This document shows positions 37,944 to 46,454 of a stretch of DNA of 64,000 bases, in pieces. The first letter of the stretch is position 1, and the number at the start of each line of letters is the position of its first letter. The notes under the pieces are model-generated. The model saw nothing but the letters and a program-made list of their open reading frames with translations, made no database searches and had not been told where the DNA came from. The stretch spans positions 128,001-192,000 of the forward strand of contig CAWDTA010000002.1 in NCBI GenBank assembly GCA_963805085.1, given 5' to 3'. The DNA is from an uncultured Veillonellaceae bacterium (GTDB lineage: Bacteria > Bacillota > Negativicutes > JARBTT01). The position numbers and the translations under genes are program-made.

Positions 37944-40262
37944 TTATTTAAATTTTAGCTTCTGCCGATTTAAACGTTCTAGTATTCCTGGTCTTCCGTT
38001 TGGAATGACAATTTCACGCATGATTTCAGTAAAAGACATTCCTAGTGATTTTCCAGCAAATATCTCTTCTTCCGAAACCGGTGTAATTTTTTCCGTAATC
38101 AAAGCGATCAGTAAGCCAAAAAACATTCCAATAACAGGAACTAGATACCAACTAACGTAAGGGATTCCCGCTCCGGAAAAATAAAATATAAAACAAAGCA
38201 AAATGGCCCCTACCACCATTCCATAGACATTTTCACGATAAGCTATACTTTTTACTAACTGTTTACTAGATTGGATCATACCTTTTTGCTGTTTTTGCAC
38301 ACTGTTACTTAATCTTTGATTACGCAAAGCTGACATAACCGCAGTATGGTCAAAAGCTAATAAAACCAGTGTAATCACAAATGCGGTAAGTCCAGCAAGT
38401 ACTGCTTGTACTTCGTTTAACACCTGATAAGCTTGTAAGTATACATTCGGTTCGATGGCGCCAATATTCGATTCAAAAATGCCAATGTTTTGATGCCCAA
38501 CAACCCCATAAACAATTGGCTTAATATTTTCTAGCCAGATAGAATGATCTATCATAATCTGCAATCTTTTATTTGGTATGACTTGACCATTGATCATCTT
38601 ATTCATTAAGGTAATGGAACTATTCATTTCTTCATCATTCAATTTTGGGGCGGATACTTGTAACGTTTGGAGTGCTTCACTAACATTTGTAAAATCAGTA
38701 TTTGCCAACTGAGTCAATCTTTTATTTGCATCAATTAAATTTTCTTTTGTCTTTCCTTTATTAAACGCTCGCAATGAGCTATTTAATCTATTTCCATTAT
38801 CGGCCATTGTCGATAAAATATTTTTTGTCGCAATGGCTTGTTCATTGACACTATTTAGCCCATTGAGCAATTCTCCGAAGGCATCCATTTTCTCTTGTGT
38901 TTCTTTTAATGTTTCTATGGCTAGTGATACATCGGGGTTGATCAAACGTACTAATCGCAGCGTTCCCAGCAGCTTTGTCATTGCCTTTGATGAATTATCA
39001 ATGCGATCTTGAATTGCTTGTACATCAACCGTTTCCAATTTTTCAGTGGCACTATTAATTGAGATAACTGCATCATCCATATTGCTTAAGGTTCTCTGCA
39101 CATTTGTTTCATTCTCATTATAACTTTGCAAGGTATCTAAAGCTAACTTGCTTACTATATTGCTTTCCTTAGCAAAACTAGGCAATTCTTTCGTTATTTT
39201 TTCCGTTTGCGATAACGCATAAAGAAGCTCATCTCGGGGGCTTTGCCACGTCGCTGTTCCAGCATAGGCTGCCACCTTATCTTTATCAAGCAAATACACA
39301 AGATTACTTTTTAGATTACTTCCGTCTCCCTGCGTAATCACTCCAGTATAGGAGCCATTCGCATTTGCTTCAGTTAATGACACAGTAATATTATTTTTTT
39401 GCAGGGCATCACCAACTTCTATTTTTTTCTCGCCTTCCCCCTGCAGTACTACAGTATTTCCTTTTGCTAACTGCACATTCTTTTCTGGTGTTACAAAAAC
39501 TTTTGTTTGATATGCTTTTAGAAATTTACGCAACTCTTGCATGGTACTTGTCAGATGAGCAATATCATCATTACTACTATCGACAGATACATATTTTGCA
39601 ATCTTCGGCTGTAAATTTTTATATAAAGCTGTTACGATATTTTCTGCCAACAATACCGGATTCTCCGGTTCTAAACCAGCAGGGAAACTCACTTCTATCA
39701 TTTTATTTGTATTAAGAATCGCCTCTACTTGGCTGGTTACACTGGCAATTTGATCTGTACCGGCTAACACAACTCCAATATTAGGACCACTGTGATAAAC
39801 AAAATCTACACCTGAAATCGCTTGTAGTTGTTCCATAGTCATATCTACGGCACCCGTTGGTACACCACGAATATTGAGTCTTGGTTCTGTAATAATACTA
39901 ATCCCCACCCCACCAGGAATATTAGAAAACATTTTTTCTAAATTTTCATATACAGTTTTATTTTTATATTCACTCGGCAAAGAAACAAAAAAATTCGCCT
40001 TTTGCGCAATTCCCGGTCCTTCTTTATACTTTGCTCCTACTAGACTCTCAGCAATAATCTTTTCTAATTGCAGTTGACCATTTGCTTTGCTATCTTCGGA
40101 CATTTGTATGATCAAATCATACTCTCCATAATCGCCAACTAAACTTACTAGTTTTTCTTTAAAGTAAAAATTTGCTCCATACGAAACTGCTTTGGCAAAA
40201 GCCGAACCCAATAGGATACTGACAAGTAAAAGAAAAATTATATCGCGTTTAAAAAATTTCAT
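37944..40262 (-). CDS. Atypical large ABC permease-like membrane protein with a large extracytoplasmic/coiled-coil region
   Basis: N-terminal TM, ~590-aa soluble region, about 3 C-terminal TMs, then an EAA-like loop (EEIFAGKSLGMS..EIMREIVIP.GRPGI); 20 nt from the ATPase gene. Confidence 0.7.
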   Translation of the reverse strand: MKFFKRDIIFLLLVSILLGSAFAKAVSYGANFYFKEKLVSLVGDYGEYDLIIQMSEDSKANGQLQLEKIIAESLVGAKYKEGPGIAQKANFFVSLPSEYKNKTVYENLEKMFSNIPGGVGISIITEPRLNIRGVPTGAVDMTMEQLQAISGVDFVYHSGPNIGVVLAGTDQIASVTSQVEAILNTNKMIEVSFPAGLEPENPVLLAENIVTALYKNLQPKIAKYVSVDSSNDDIAHLTSTMQELRKFLKAYQTKVFVTPEKNVQLAKGNTVVLQGEGEKKIEVGDALQKNNITVSLTEANANGSYTGVITQGDGSNLKSNLVYLLDKDKVAAYAGTATWQSPRDELLYALSQTEKITKELPSFAKESNIVSKLALDTLQSYNENETNVQRTLSNMDDAVISINSATEKLETVDVQAIQDRIDNSSKAMTKLLGTLRLVRLINPDVSLAIETLKETQEKMDAFGELLNGLNSVNEQAIATKNILSTMADNGNRLNSSLRAFNKGKTKENLIDANKRLTQLANTDFTNVSEALQTLQVSAPKLNDEEMNSSITLMNKMINGQVIPNKRLQIMIDHSIWLENIKPIVYGVVGHQNIGIFESNIGAIEPNVYLQAYQVLNEVQAVLAGLTAFVITLVLLAFDHTAVMSALRNQRLSNSVQKQQKGMIQSSKQLVKSIAYRENVYGMVVGAILLCFIFYFSGAGIPYVSWYLVPVIGMFFGLLIALITEKITPVSEEEIFAGKSLGMSFTEIMREIVIPNGRPGILERLNRQKLKFK

Positions 40263-40338
40263 TTTTCTCCCCCGCAATCATAGAATACCTCACATTATTT
40301 TGCTCCATAACGTTTGACTTTATGTTTTGCAAAAATAA

Positions 40339-40364
40339 AAAAAATCCCCATTTGGGGATTTTTT
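40339..40364 (-). terminator. Intrinsic terminator after the second acyltransferase gene
   Basis: AAAAAATCCCCA / TGGGGATTTTTT. Confidence 0.75.
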
Positions 40365-41214
40365 ATCGTTGCTTCCATCTATTGTGCATCCAAAACCATT
40401 CTGCTGGATATTTTCTGATATGTTCTTCAATAATTCGTGTTAATTTTTCCGTTGTTTGTTTGATATCTTCCTGCTTATTTTCTGTTTTCGTGACAAAAAA
40501 TGGCTCTTTAATGATGATCGTATGTGTTCCATCACTATTTTCGGTAATAAAGGTTGGCAGAAGTGGAGCATTTTTAATTCGAGCCAAAAAAGCTGGTCCT
40601 TGTGGACAAGAAGCTTTCCTGCCGAAAAACTCCAATTCTATACCGTCAGTACTAGCATCTTGATCCATTAAAAGTCCAATCGCACTACCCTGACCTAACA
40701 TTTTAATCATTTCGCGCACGCCATTTTTATAAGTGACATGGATACCAACTAAAGCCCGATATTCATTAATCAATCGATCCATATCACCATTGGCTTGTTT
40801 TTGGGCAACACCGACAATGGGATAGCCATTTAAGGCAAGTGCTCCGCCCAGCAGTTCCCAATTGCCACTGTGAGCGGTTGGAATCACTATGCCTTTCCCA
40901 TAAGCAAGTGCTTTGTCAATATTTTCTCTACCTTCAATTTTCACATAGGAATTGATATCTTTTTTGAGCTTCGGATATACCATGACTTCAATCAGCATTT
41001 TACCAAATCGAGTCCAACTATGCTTGGCAATCTGCCTTGCTTCTAACTCTTCAATCCCTAATGCTAAAACAATATTTTCTGTTGCCATCAATTTACGTTT
41101 TTCAGGCACAATCCCCCATGTAACGTTACCAATAAAATTTCCAAGCATCCGCTGCATTTTGAACGGTAACAGGCAAACAATCTTACTAAACAATTTAATC
41201 AATAAATAAGTCAT
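40363..41214 (-). CDS. Second lipid A late acyltransferase (HtrB/LpxL family)
   Basis: TAHSGNWE, LMDQD, FFG..A..P.GPA, EWFWMHNRWK. Confidence 0.85.
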   Translation of the reverse strand: MTYLLIKLFSKIVCLLPFKMQRMLGNFIGNVTWGIVPEKRKLMATENIVLALGIEELEARQIAKHSWTRFGKMLIEVMVYPKLKKDINSYVKIEGRENIDKALAYGKGIVIPTAHSGNWELLGGALALNGYPIVGVAQKQANGDMDRLINEYRALVGIHVTYKNGVREMIKMLGQGSAIGLLMDQDASTDGIELEFFGRKASCPQGPAFLARIKNAPLLPTFITENSDGTHTIIIKEPFFVTKTENKQEDIKQTTEKLTRIIEEHIRKYPAEWFWMHNRWKQR

Positions 41215-41242
41215 CGAATCAACTCCAGCCATAATCCCTTTA

Positions 41243-41860
41243 TTAATATAAATTATATGTTACACCAACATACGTTTCCTTATCACGCCAACCAGCATTT
41301 ACTTTTAATCCCGGTACGATTGACATACGCACTCCATAATTGATATCGTGTCCGTCATTTTCAACAATCAATGTCGTATCAGGAAATACCCCTTTGATCC
41401 CCAGTGGCGTGATATTTTTTTCTAGGGAACAAAACATGCCATCATATCTACCATTACCAACGCCAACATGTGCTCTAAAGCCAAGTGGCAGTCCTTTACT
41501 TACAACCGCGTAGGCTGTGCGATCCCTTTTATTAGCAATATCTTCTACCCCAATAGCAATCCCTGGTGTCAATACCCCTTCTGCTGCTATCGCGTATTTA
41601 GCATTTACATAAGTTGCTTTATCGGAAAAATCAAAATCTGTACGAGCTACACTAACTTCTAAATTTTTTGTTGCACTAAAACCAATACTCGCAGTTTTAC
41701 CTTCATGGAGATTGTAATACCCCAATGAAACTTGCCCTTCACGAAGAACATCCGCCGTAGGTGTATTAATCATCCCTGTGGATCCGCTAGTTGAAGAAGC
41801 TGCATACGTCATATTCGTTAAGGATAGTAAGATTGCTGCACTTAACAATAATTTTTTCAT
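41243..41860 (-). CDS. YjbH-domain small outer-membrane beta-barrel protein
   Basis: Signal peptide, G.TG.I.TPTAD.L..G motif, amphipathic strands, P.IAIG..D. Confidence 0.7.
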   Translation of the reverse strand: MKKLLLSAAILLSLTNMTYAASSTSGSTGMINTPTADVLREGQVSLGYYNLHEGKTASIGFSATKNLEVSVARTDFDFSDKATYVNAKYAIAAEGVLTPGIAIGVEDIANKRDRTAYAVVSKGLPLGFRAHVGVGNGRYDGMFCSLEKNITPLGIKGVFPDTTLIVENDGHDINYGVRMSIVPGLKVNAGWRDKETYVGVTYNLY

Positions 41861-41900
41861 AAATAAAACCCTTTCAAGATCCCATATTTCTCCAGTAAAA

Positions 41901-41925
41901 AGGCTGTTACAGATTGCAACAGCCT
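41901..41925 (-). terminator. Intrinsic terminator after lpxD
   Basis: AGGCTGTT.CA / TG.AACAGCCT hairpin preceded by an A-run on the plus strand. Confidence 0.6.
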
Positions 41926-41938
41926 CAATTCATAAACC

Positions 41939-42961
41939 TTAGCTTTTATTTTCTAATTGGGCTAACCGCTTTTCAAGGTCGCGAACTTTTTTGACAAGGT
42001 CTACGGCTTTGTTCGCTGCCGCTTCGTTACGCAACCACTCTCTATGAGGGCGCGCTGGGAACCCCCCATAGTACGACCCTGCTGGCACATCACCAATCGG
42101 AGCTGACCTTGCAACAAATACGCAATTATCGCCAATATTGATATGACCAACACAGCCACATTGTCCAGCAAACGTAACATTATTGCCAACTTTTGTACTG
42201 CCGGCAATCCCTGTCTGCGAGCAAATCAAGCCATTTTCACCAATGACTACATTATGAGCAAGATGCACGAGGTTGTCCACTTTTGTACCTCGCTTTATTA
42301 TGGTTGATCCAGTTGTTGCGCGATCAATACCAACATTTGCCCCAATTTCAACATCATCCTCTAATACTACATTACCAACTTGGGGAACTTTGCTATGCTT
42401 ACCTTGCTCGGTAATAAAACCGAAGCCATCACTACCAATCACTGCGCCACTATGAATAATCACACGTTTACCAACTCTGCAACATTCACGTACTGTTACA
42501 TTAGGATAGATCACACTATCTTCAGCAATCGTAGCATTTTGTCCCACATAAGTGTGTGGATATAAAATAACATTATCACCAACGATTGCATCATCGGCAA
42601 TCACAACATAAGGCATAATTGCAACATTGTTACCAATCGAAACATTCTCACCAATCACCACTGTGCTATGGACTTCACGTTTGATTTTCAGTGGTGGTGT
42701 AAATAGTTCTAATAACTTAGTAAAAGCCGCTCTTGGATTAGCTACACGAATTGCGGGCTTCCCGTATTGCTCAATATTGTCTGGAATAATGACAGCGCCT
42801 GCATTACAAGCCTCACCTTGTGCAATATGAGGTTCTACTGCAAAGGAAATATCACTTGCCGTTGCATTATCAAGATTTGTCACACCTGTGATTGTAATTT
42901 CTGCCTTGCTCAATATATTGCCATCTACTAACCTGGCAATTTCTTGTAATGTCATTTTCAA
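41939..42961 (-). CDS. lpxD: UDP-3-O-(3-hydroxyacyl)glucosamine N-acyltransferase
   Basis: Hexapeptide repeats, IGSDGFG, KVPQ.G.V, IDR, K.DNLVH.AHN. Confidence 0.96.
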   Translation of the reverse strand: MKMTLQEIARLVDGNILSKAEITITGVTNLDNATASDISFAVEPHIAQGEACNAGAVIIPDNIEQYGKPAIRVANPRAAFTKLLELFTPPLKIKREVHSTVVIGENVSIGNNVAIMPYVVIADDAIVGDNVILYPHTYVGQNATIAEDSVIYPNVTVRECCRVGKRVIIHSGAVIGSDGFGFITEQGKHSKVPQVGNVVLEDDVEIGANVGIDRATTGSTIIKRGTKVDNLVHLAHNVVIGENGLICSQTGIAGSTKVGNNVTFAGQCGCVGHINIGDNCVFVARSAPIGDVPAGSYYGGFPARPHREWLRNEAAANKAVDLVKKVRDLEKRLAQLENKS

Positions 42962-42979
42962 GACATCGTCCTCCCAATA

Positions 42980-43399
42980 TTACTGCAACTTTTGAATGAC
43001 ATCATCCGTTACATCTATGCCACCCTGTGCTACATTATTTTTATATAATACAACGGATAGACCTTTCTCTTTCGCGATATCTGCTAATGCCTGATTGATT
43101 AAAGTATCCATTTGATTTTCTAAGTCTTGTTTTTGTTTTACAAAATCAGCATACACTTCTTGCTGACGTTTTTGAAATTCCTCAGTTGATAGCGTTCCTT
43201 TTTCTTGTTCGAGTTTTTGAGTTAAATCTTTACCACTTGTATTTAATTGCTCTTGGAATTGTTGTACCTTAGCACTATCCTTCATTACTCTTTGTACATC
43301 AACAACCCCTGTTTTTTGCGCGTTAAAGCAGCCTGACACCATTACTGACATCACTACTACCATAAGCAGTGTTACCATACGCTTTGCTTGTAATTTCAC
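42980..43399 (-). CDS. ompH: OmpH/Skp family chaperone, predicted lipoprotein
   Basis: Lipobox-like VSGC, GVVD..RV, IAKEKGL..V, GG.DVT..V. Confidence 0.85.
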   Translation of the reverse strand: MKLQAKRMVTLLMVVVMSVMVSGCFNAQKTGVVDVQRVMKDSAKVQQFQEQLNTSGKDLTQKLEQEKGTLSTEEFQKRQQEVYADFVKQKQDLENQMDTLINQALADIAKEKGLSVVLYKNNVAQGGIDVTDDVIQKLQ

Positions 43400-43455
43400 T
43401 TACGAAGCCTCCCTTAAAAAATTAAATAGTTTCATTTCTATTATACACTTTTCCA

Positions 43456-44418
43456 TTACTTCTTAAACTCAGCAATAACAAGATCCGTAATGTCTATTGC
43501 ATTGACGTTAACCTGAACAATCGCTAATACAGTTGCTAAATTTTTTTCAATTGCTATTTTCGCAACTTTACTAGCAATATCATTGTTCATACTTTCTTCT
43601 AATACAGCAATTTCTTGTTCTTTATAAATAATAGTTTCTTTACCTTTTGCTACCTGATTGATATCTAATTTAATCGTTTCATTCTGATTGGTCATCGTTT
43701 GGTTATTACGAGTATCTATTTCTTCTTGCTTCATATTTCTTTCTGTTTTTGCTTCTTCTTCTATTTGCTTACGCTCTTCAGCAAGTTCAATTTCACCCTT
43801 TTTAGTTTCATCTTGCATGATAGAATTCAACTTATTGTTAAATTCTTGCTGTTTTTCTTGAATTTTCTGGTTGCGCTCACTATCTAAATTGATACGTTTG
43901 TTATTTAGTTCTTTTCTTGCTTCCTCAGTAATATTAGCCGTTTCCACCTTCAATTTCAAATCGAAAATGATCGGTTGATAATATGCATTAATTGTCGCTA
44001 CTTCAGCTTCAAATTCTTTTCCAAATTGATCTGTCAGTTCTTTATTTTTCTTTTTTAATCTTTCACTGATTTCTGCGTGTTTTGCAATTAATTTTTGATT
44101 TTGTTTTTGCTGCATTGCATCATCAAGTGAACCTTGACTTACCACTGGTGCCTGATTGTCAATTGTAAAGTTTTGTGCTTCTTCATTTTGGGCAGTCAAT
44201 GTATTCAATTCTTTTTTTAATCTCACTAAGTCTTGATATTTCGGATGTGCTTTTAATGCTTTATTCATATTGATAATACCAATATCTGTTTGGGTATCTA
44301 CAGCTGTCGAACCTTTAGGGTTTTTTGAGTCACCAACTGTAGCCTTGAATAAATATCCAGCAAATGCGATAACAGCTAAAACAAGGATACTAGCAATCAA
44401 AATTTTTCGACTCGCCAT
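43456..44418 (-). CDS. ompH: Elongated OmpH/Skp family protein
   Basis: N-terminal TM, IG.INM...L.AHP, long coiled coil, IA.EK.L..V...DITD.VI. Confidence 0.75.
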   Translation of the reverse strand: MASRKILIASILVLAVIAFAGYLFKATVGDSKNPKGSTAVDTQTDIGIINMNKALKAHPKYQDLVRLKKELNTLTAQNEEAQNFTIDNQAPVVSQGSLDDAMQQKQNQKLIAKHAEISERLKKKNKELTDQFGKEFEAEVATINAYYQPIIFDLKLKVETANITEEARKELNNKRINLDSERNQKIQEKQQEFNNKLNSIMQDETKKGEIELAEERKQIEEEAKTERNMKQEEIDTRNNQTMTNQNETIKLDINQVAKGKETIIYKEQEIAVLEESMNNDIASKVAKIAIEKNLATVLAIVQVNVNAIDITDLVIAEFKK

Positions 44419-44439
44419 GAAACCACCCTTTCTAATAAA

Positions 44440-44469
44440 GTACCGAGCGCGGTTGCCCTTGCTCGGTAC
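44440..44469 (-). terminator. Hairpin after ompH (44507..44977)
   Basis: GTACCGAGC ... GCTCGGTAC. Confidence 0.5.
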
Positions 44470-44506
44470 ATGCTAAAATTCAGTATTTTTAATTACGATA
44501 CCAATT

Positions 44507-44977
44507 CTATTTAGAAAGCTTTTTTACAACTTCGTCAGTAATATCTTGTCCACCGTAAACTACATTGCTTTTATCAAGAACAACAGATAATCCTTTTGCA
44601 TCTGCGACGCTTTTAATCGTAGCTTCTACTTTGTCCATAATAGGAGAAATTAACTCTTTTTCTTTGCTTGCTAGACGTTGTTGCAATTGTTGATAATATG
44701 CTTGTTTATCTTGGTCATTCATATTAGCGGATTTAGACTCGAAATCTGCTTTTGCTTGTTCAACTTCTTTTTGCATTGCTTCTTTTGCTGCCGCCATATC
44801 TGGGTGCTGAGAAACAATCATCTGTTGATTTACAACTCCAACATTAGAAGAAGATCCAGCTGCACTAGCAAAGCCTTTGCCTGATTGAGATACCCCAATA
44901 GCAACTACACTAAATACAAATGCAAGTACAATCGCTACACTAATAACCTTGATTTGTTTTTTTTCAAATTTTATCAT
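44507..44977 (-). CDS. ompH: OmpH/Skp family chaperone
   Basis: VGVVN......HP, VA..KGL..VLDK..V.YGG.DIT.EV. Confidence 0.9.
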   Translation of the reverse strand: MIKFEKKQIKVISVAIVLAFVFSVVAIGVSQSGKGFASAAGSSSNVGVVNQQMIVSQHPDMAAAKEAMQKEVEQAKADFESKSANMNDQDKQAYYQQLQQRLASKEKELISPIMDKVEATIKSVADAKGLSVVLDKSNVVYGGQDITDEVVKKLSK

Positions 44978-45060
44978 TTAAATATTCTCCTTTTTGCCTA
45001 TCCGGCGTTAAAATTTCAACTCATTATGCCTTGACTTATTTTATTAGCAAGACATTATTC

Positions 45061-45089
45061 ATTATAACAAACTCCATCTTGTTATTCAA
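45061..45089 (-). promoter_or_regulatory. Sigma-A promoter of ompH
   Basis: TTGAAT-N17-TATAAT. Confidence 0.6.
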
Positions 45090-45095
45090 GAAAGT

Positions 45096-46364
45096 TTAAA
45101 AATATCCAACCATTCTTAGCCAGCTATCATTATCATCTATGACATACTCCACACCAACAAAATCATGCAACTTATAACGCACAGCAAATTCATTAAATTC
45201 ACGGCTTGGCGTATGTTCAAAGCGTAGCAGCCATTTTTCTGCAACTTGTTGCTTTGCCCATAAAACTGTTGCCTTTTCATTCGTATCATACTTAAAACCA
45301 ATTCTTGTTTGCGGTGTTAAATCATGTGATATTCCCGGTAATAGATTCCACTGAACTTTATGAGGTAAAAAATCTGCCTCGACAAAAGCTTCATCCTGCT
45401 CTGAAATCATCTTACCAGCGTGAATTTTTAACGAGGTATTATCTTCTTTCCGCCCGATATCTAAATATCCTTCCAATGAAATTCGATATTTATTCGTTTC
45501 TGCACTAATTATGATATCAGTATTGTTTGCTACCTGCATTTTTATATTCGTCGTCACGCCAAAATTTTTAAGATTTTTATCATGGTTCAAAACGTCCGTA
45601 AGTTCATTAATAAAATAAGCCTGATGTCTTTTAACGAATTCTACCGGTAATCCAATAAGTTTTTCCGATTGTTTTTGAATATAAGGTCTAAAATTTAATA
45701 ATAATATATTAGGAATTGATTCTGAGTGTAAAGATAAATTTACATCATGAATAATATTTCCTTTGGGATACAAATTTAATTTCAACGTAGTTACATTGCC
45801 AGGAACAACTTCAAAGCTTGCATCATATTCTGGTAATTGTACTGATAAAAAATCTGTAAGTGATATTTTTATGATACTCCTTGCCCAATCTACCGCATCA
45901 ATCGGCAGACCGACTAAAACGTTATTAATCACGTGATCAATTTCAGCCAGATCAGCTAAAATAAGATTTTTTACCTCTGGTGAAACTTCGTTCACCACAA
46001 CATCAATATTGACTTTATTGATAATATCTGGCCATGGTGAAATAACTACAACAATAGAGGTACTGGCTTGCGGTTCAATCATTACAGATTTTATAGAATA
46101 ACCAATTAAAATCCGATCCAAGACTTCGTGGATCAAGCTTTCATACTTATCTTTTTTTAACTCAATATCGCCTACGATATGACCACTTAAAACATTATCA
46201 CCAATCGTATAAATACTCGCCTGCATTCTCTTAACTATTTTATCTGGTATCATCTGTCCGTCATCCGTTTGCACACTCACTTGTATGTTTTCTATTGTAT
46301 CATTTGCAGCAGCACTTACAATATTTGGTGAAAACACTACCAGCAAAAAAAAAGTTATTATCAA
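45096..46364 (-). CDS. Conserved secreted hypothetical protein (alpha/beta repeats plus a probable small C-terminal beta-barrel)
   Basis: Signal peptide, C-terminal amphipathic strands ending in YF, directly after bamA; start uncertain (TTG 46364 or non-canonical 46379/46382). Confidence 0.7.
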   Translation of the reverse strand: MIITFFLLVVFSPNIVSAAANDTIENIQVSVQTDDGQMIPDKIVKRMQASIYTIGDNVLSGHIVGDIELKKDKYESLIHEVLDRILIGYSIKSVMIEPQASTSIVVVISPWPDIINKVNIDVVVNEVSPEVKNLILADLAEIDHVINNVLVGLPIDAVDWARSIIKISLTDFLSVQLPEYDASFEVVPGNVTTLKLNLYPKGNIIHDVNLSLHSESIPNILLLNFRPYIQKQSEKLIGLPVEFVKRHQAYFINELTDVLNHDKNLKNFGVTTNIKMQVANNTDIIISAETNKYRISLEGYLDIGRKEDNTSLKIHAGKMISEQDEAFVEADFLPHKVQWNLLPGISHDLTPQTRIGFKYDTNEKATVLWAKQQVAEKWLLRFEHTPSREFNEFAVRYKLHDFVGVEYVIDDNDSWLRMVGYF

Positions 46365-46419
46365 ACTAAATGTACGTATGATCGTTCACCTCAATACTAA
46401 CTTGCAAATGTTTATAAGA

Positions 46420-46445
46420 GAAACCAGGCAAACCTGCCTGGTTTC
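46420..46445 (-). terminator. Hairpin after bamA
   Basis: GAAACCAGGCA / TGCCTGGTTTC. Confidence 0.55.
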
Positions 46446-46454
46446 AAAAAATTT

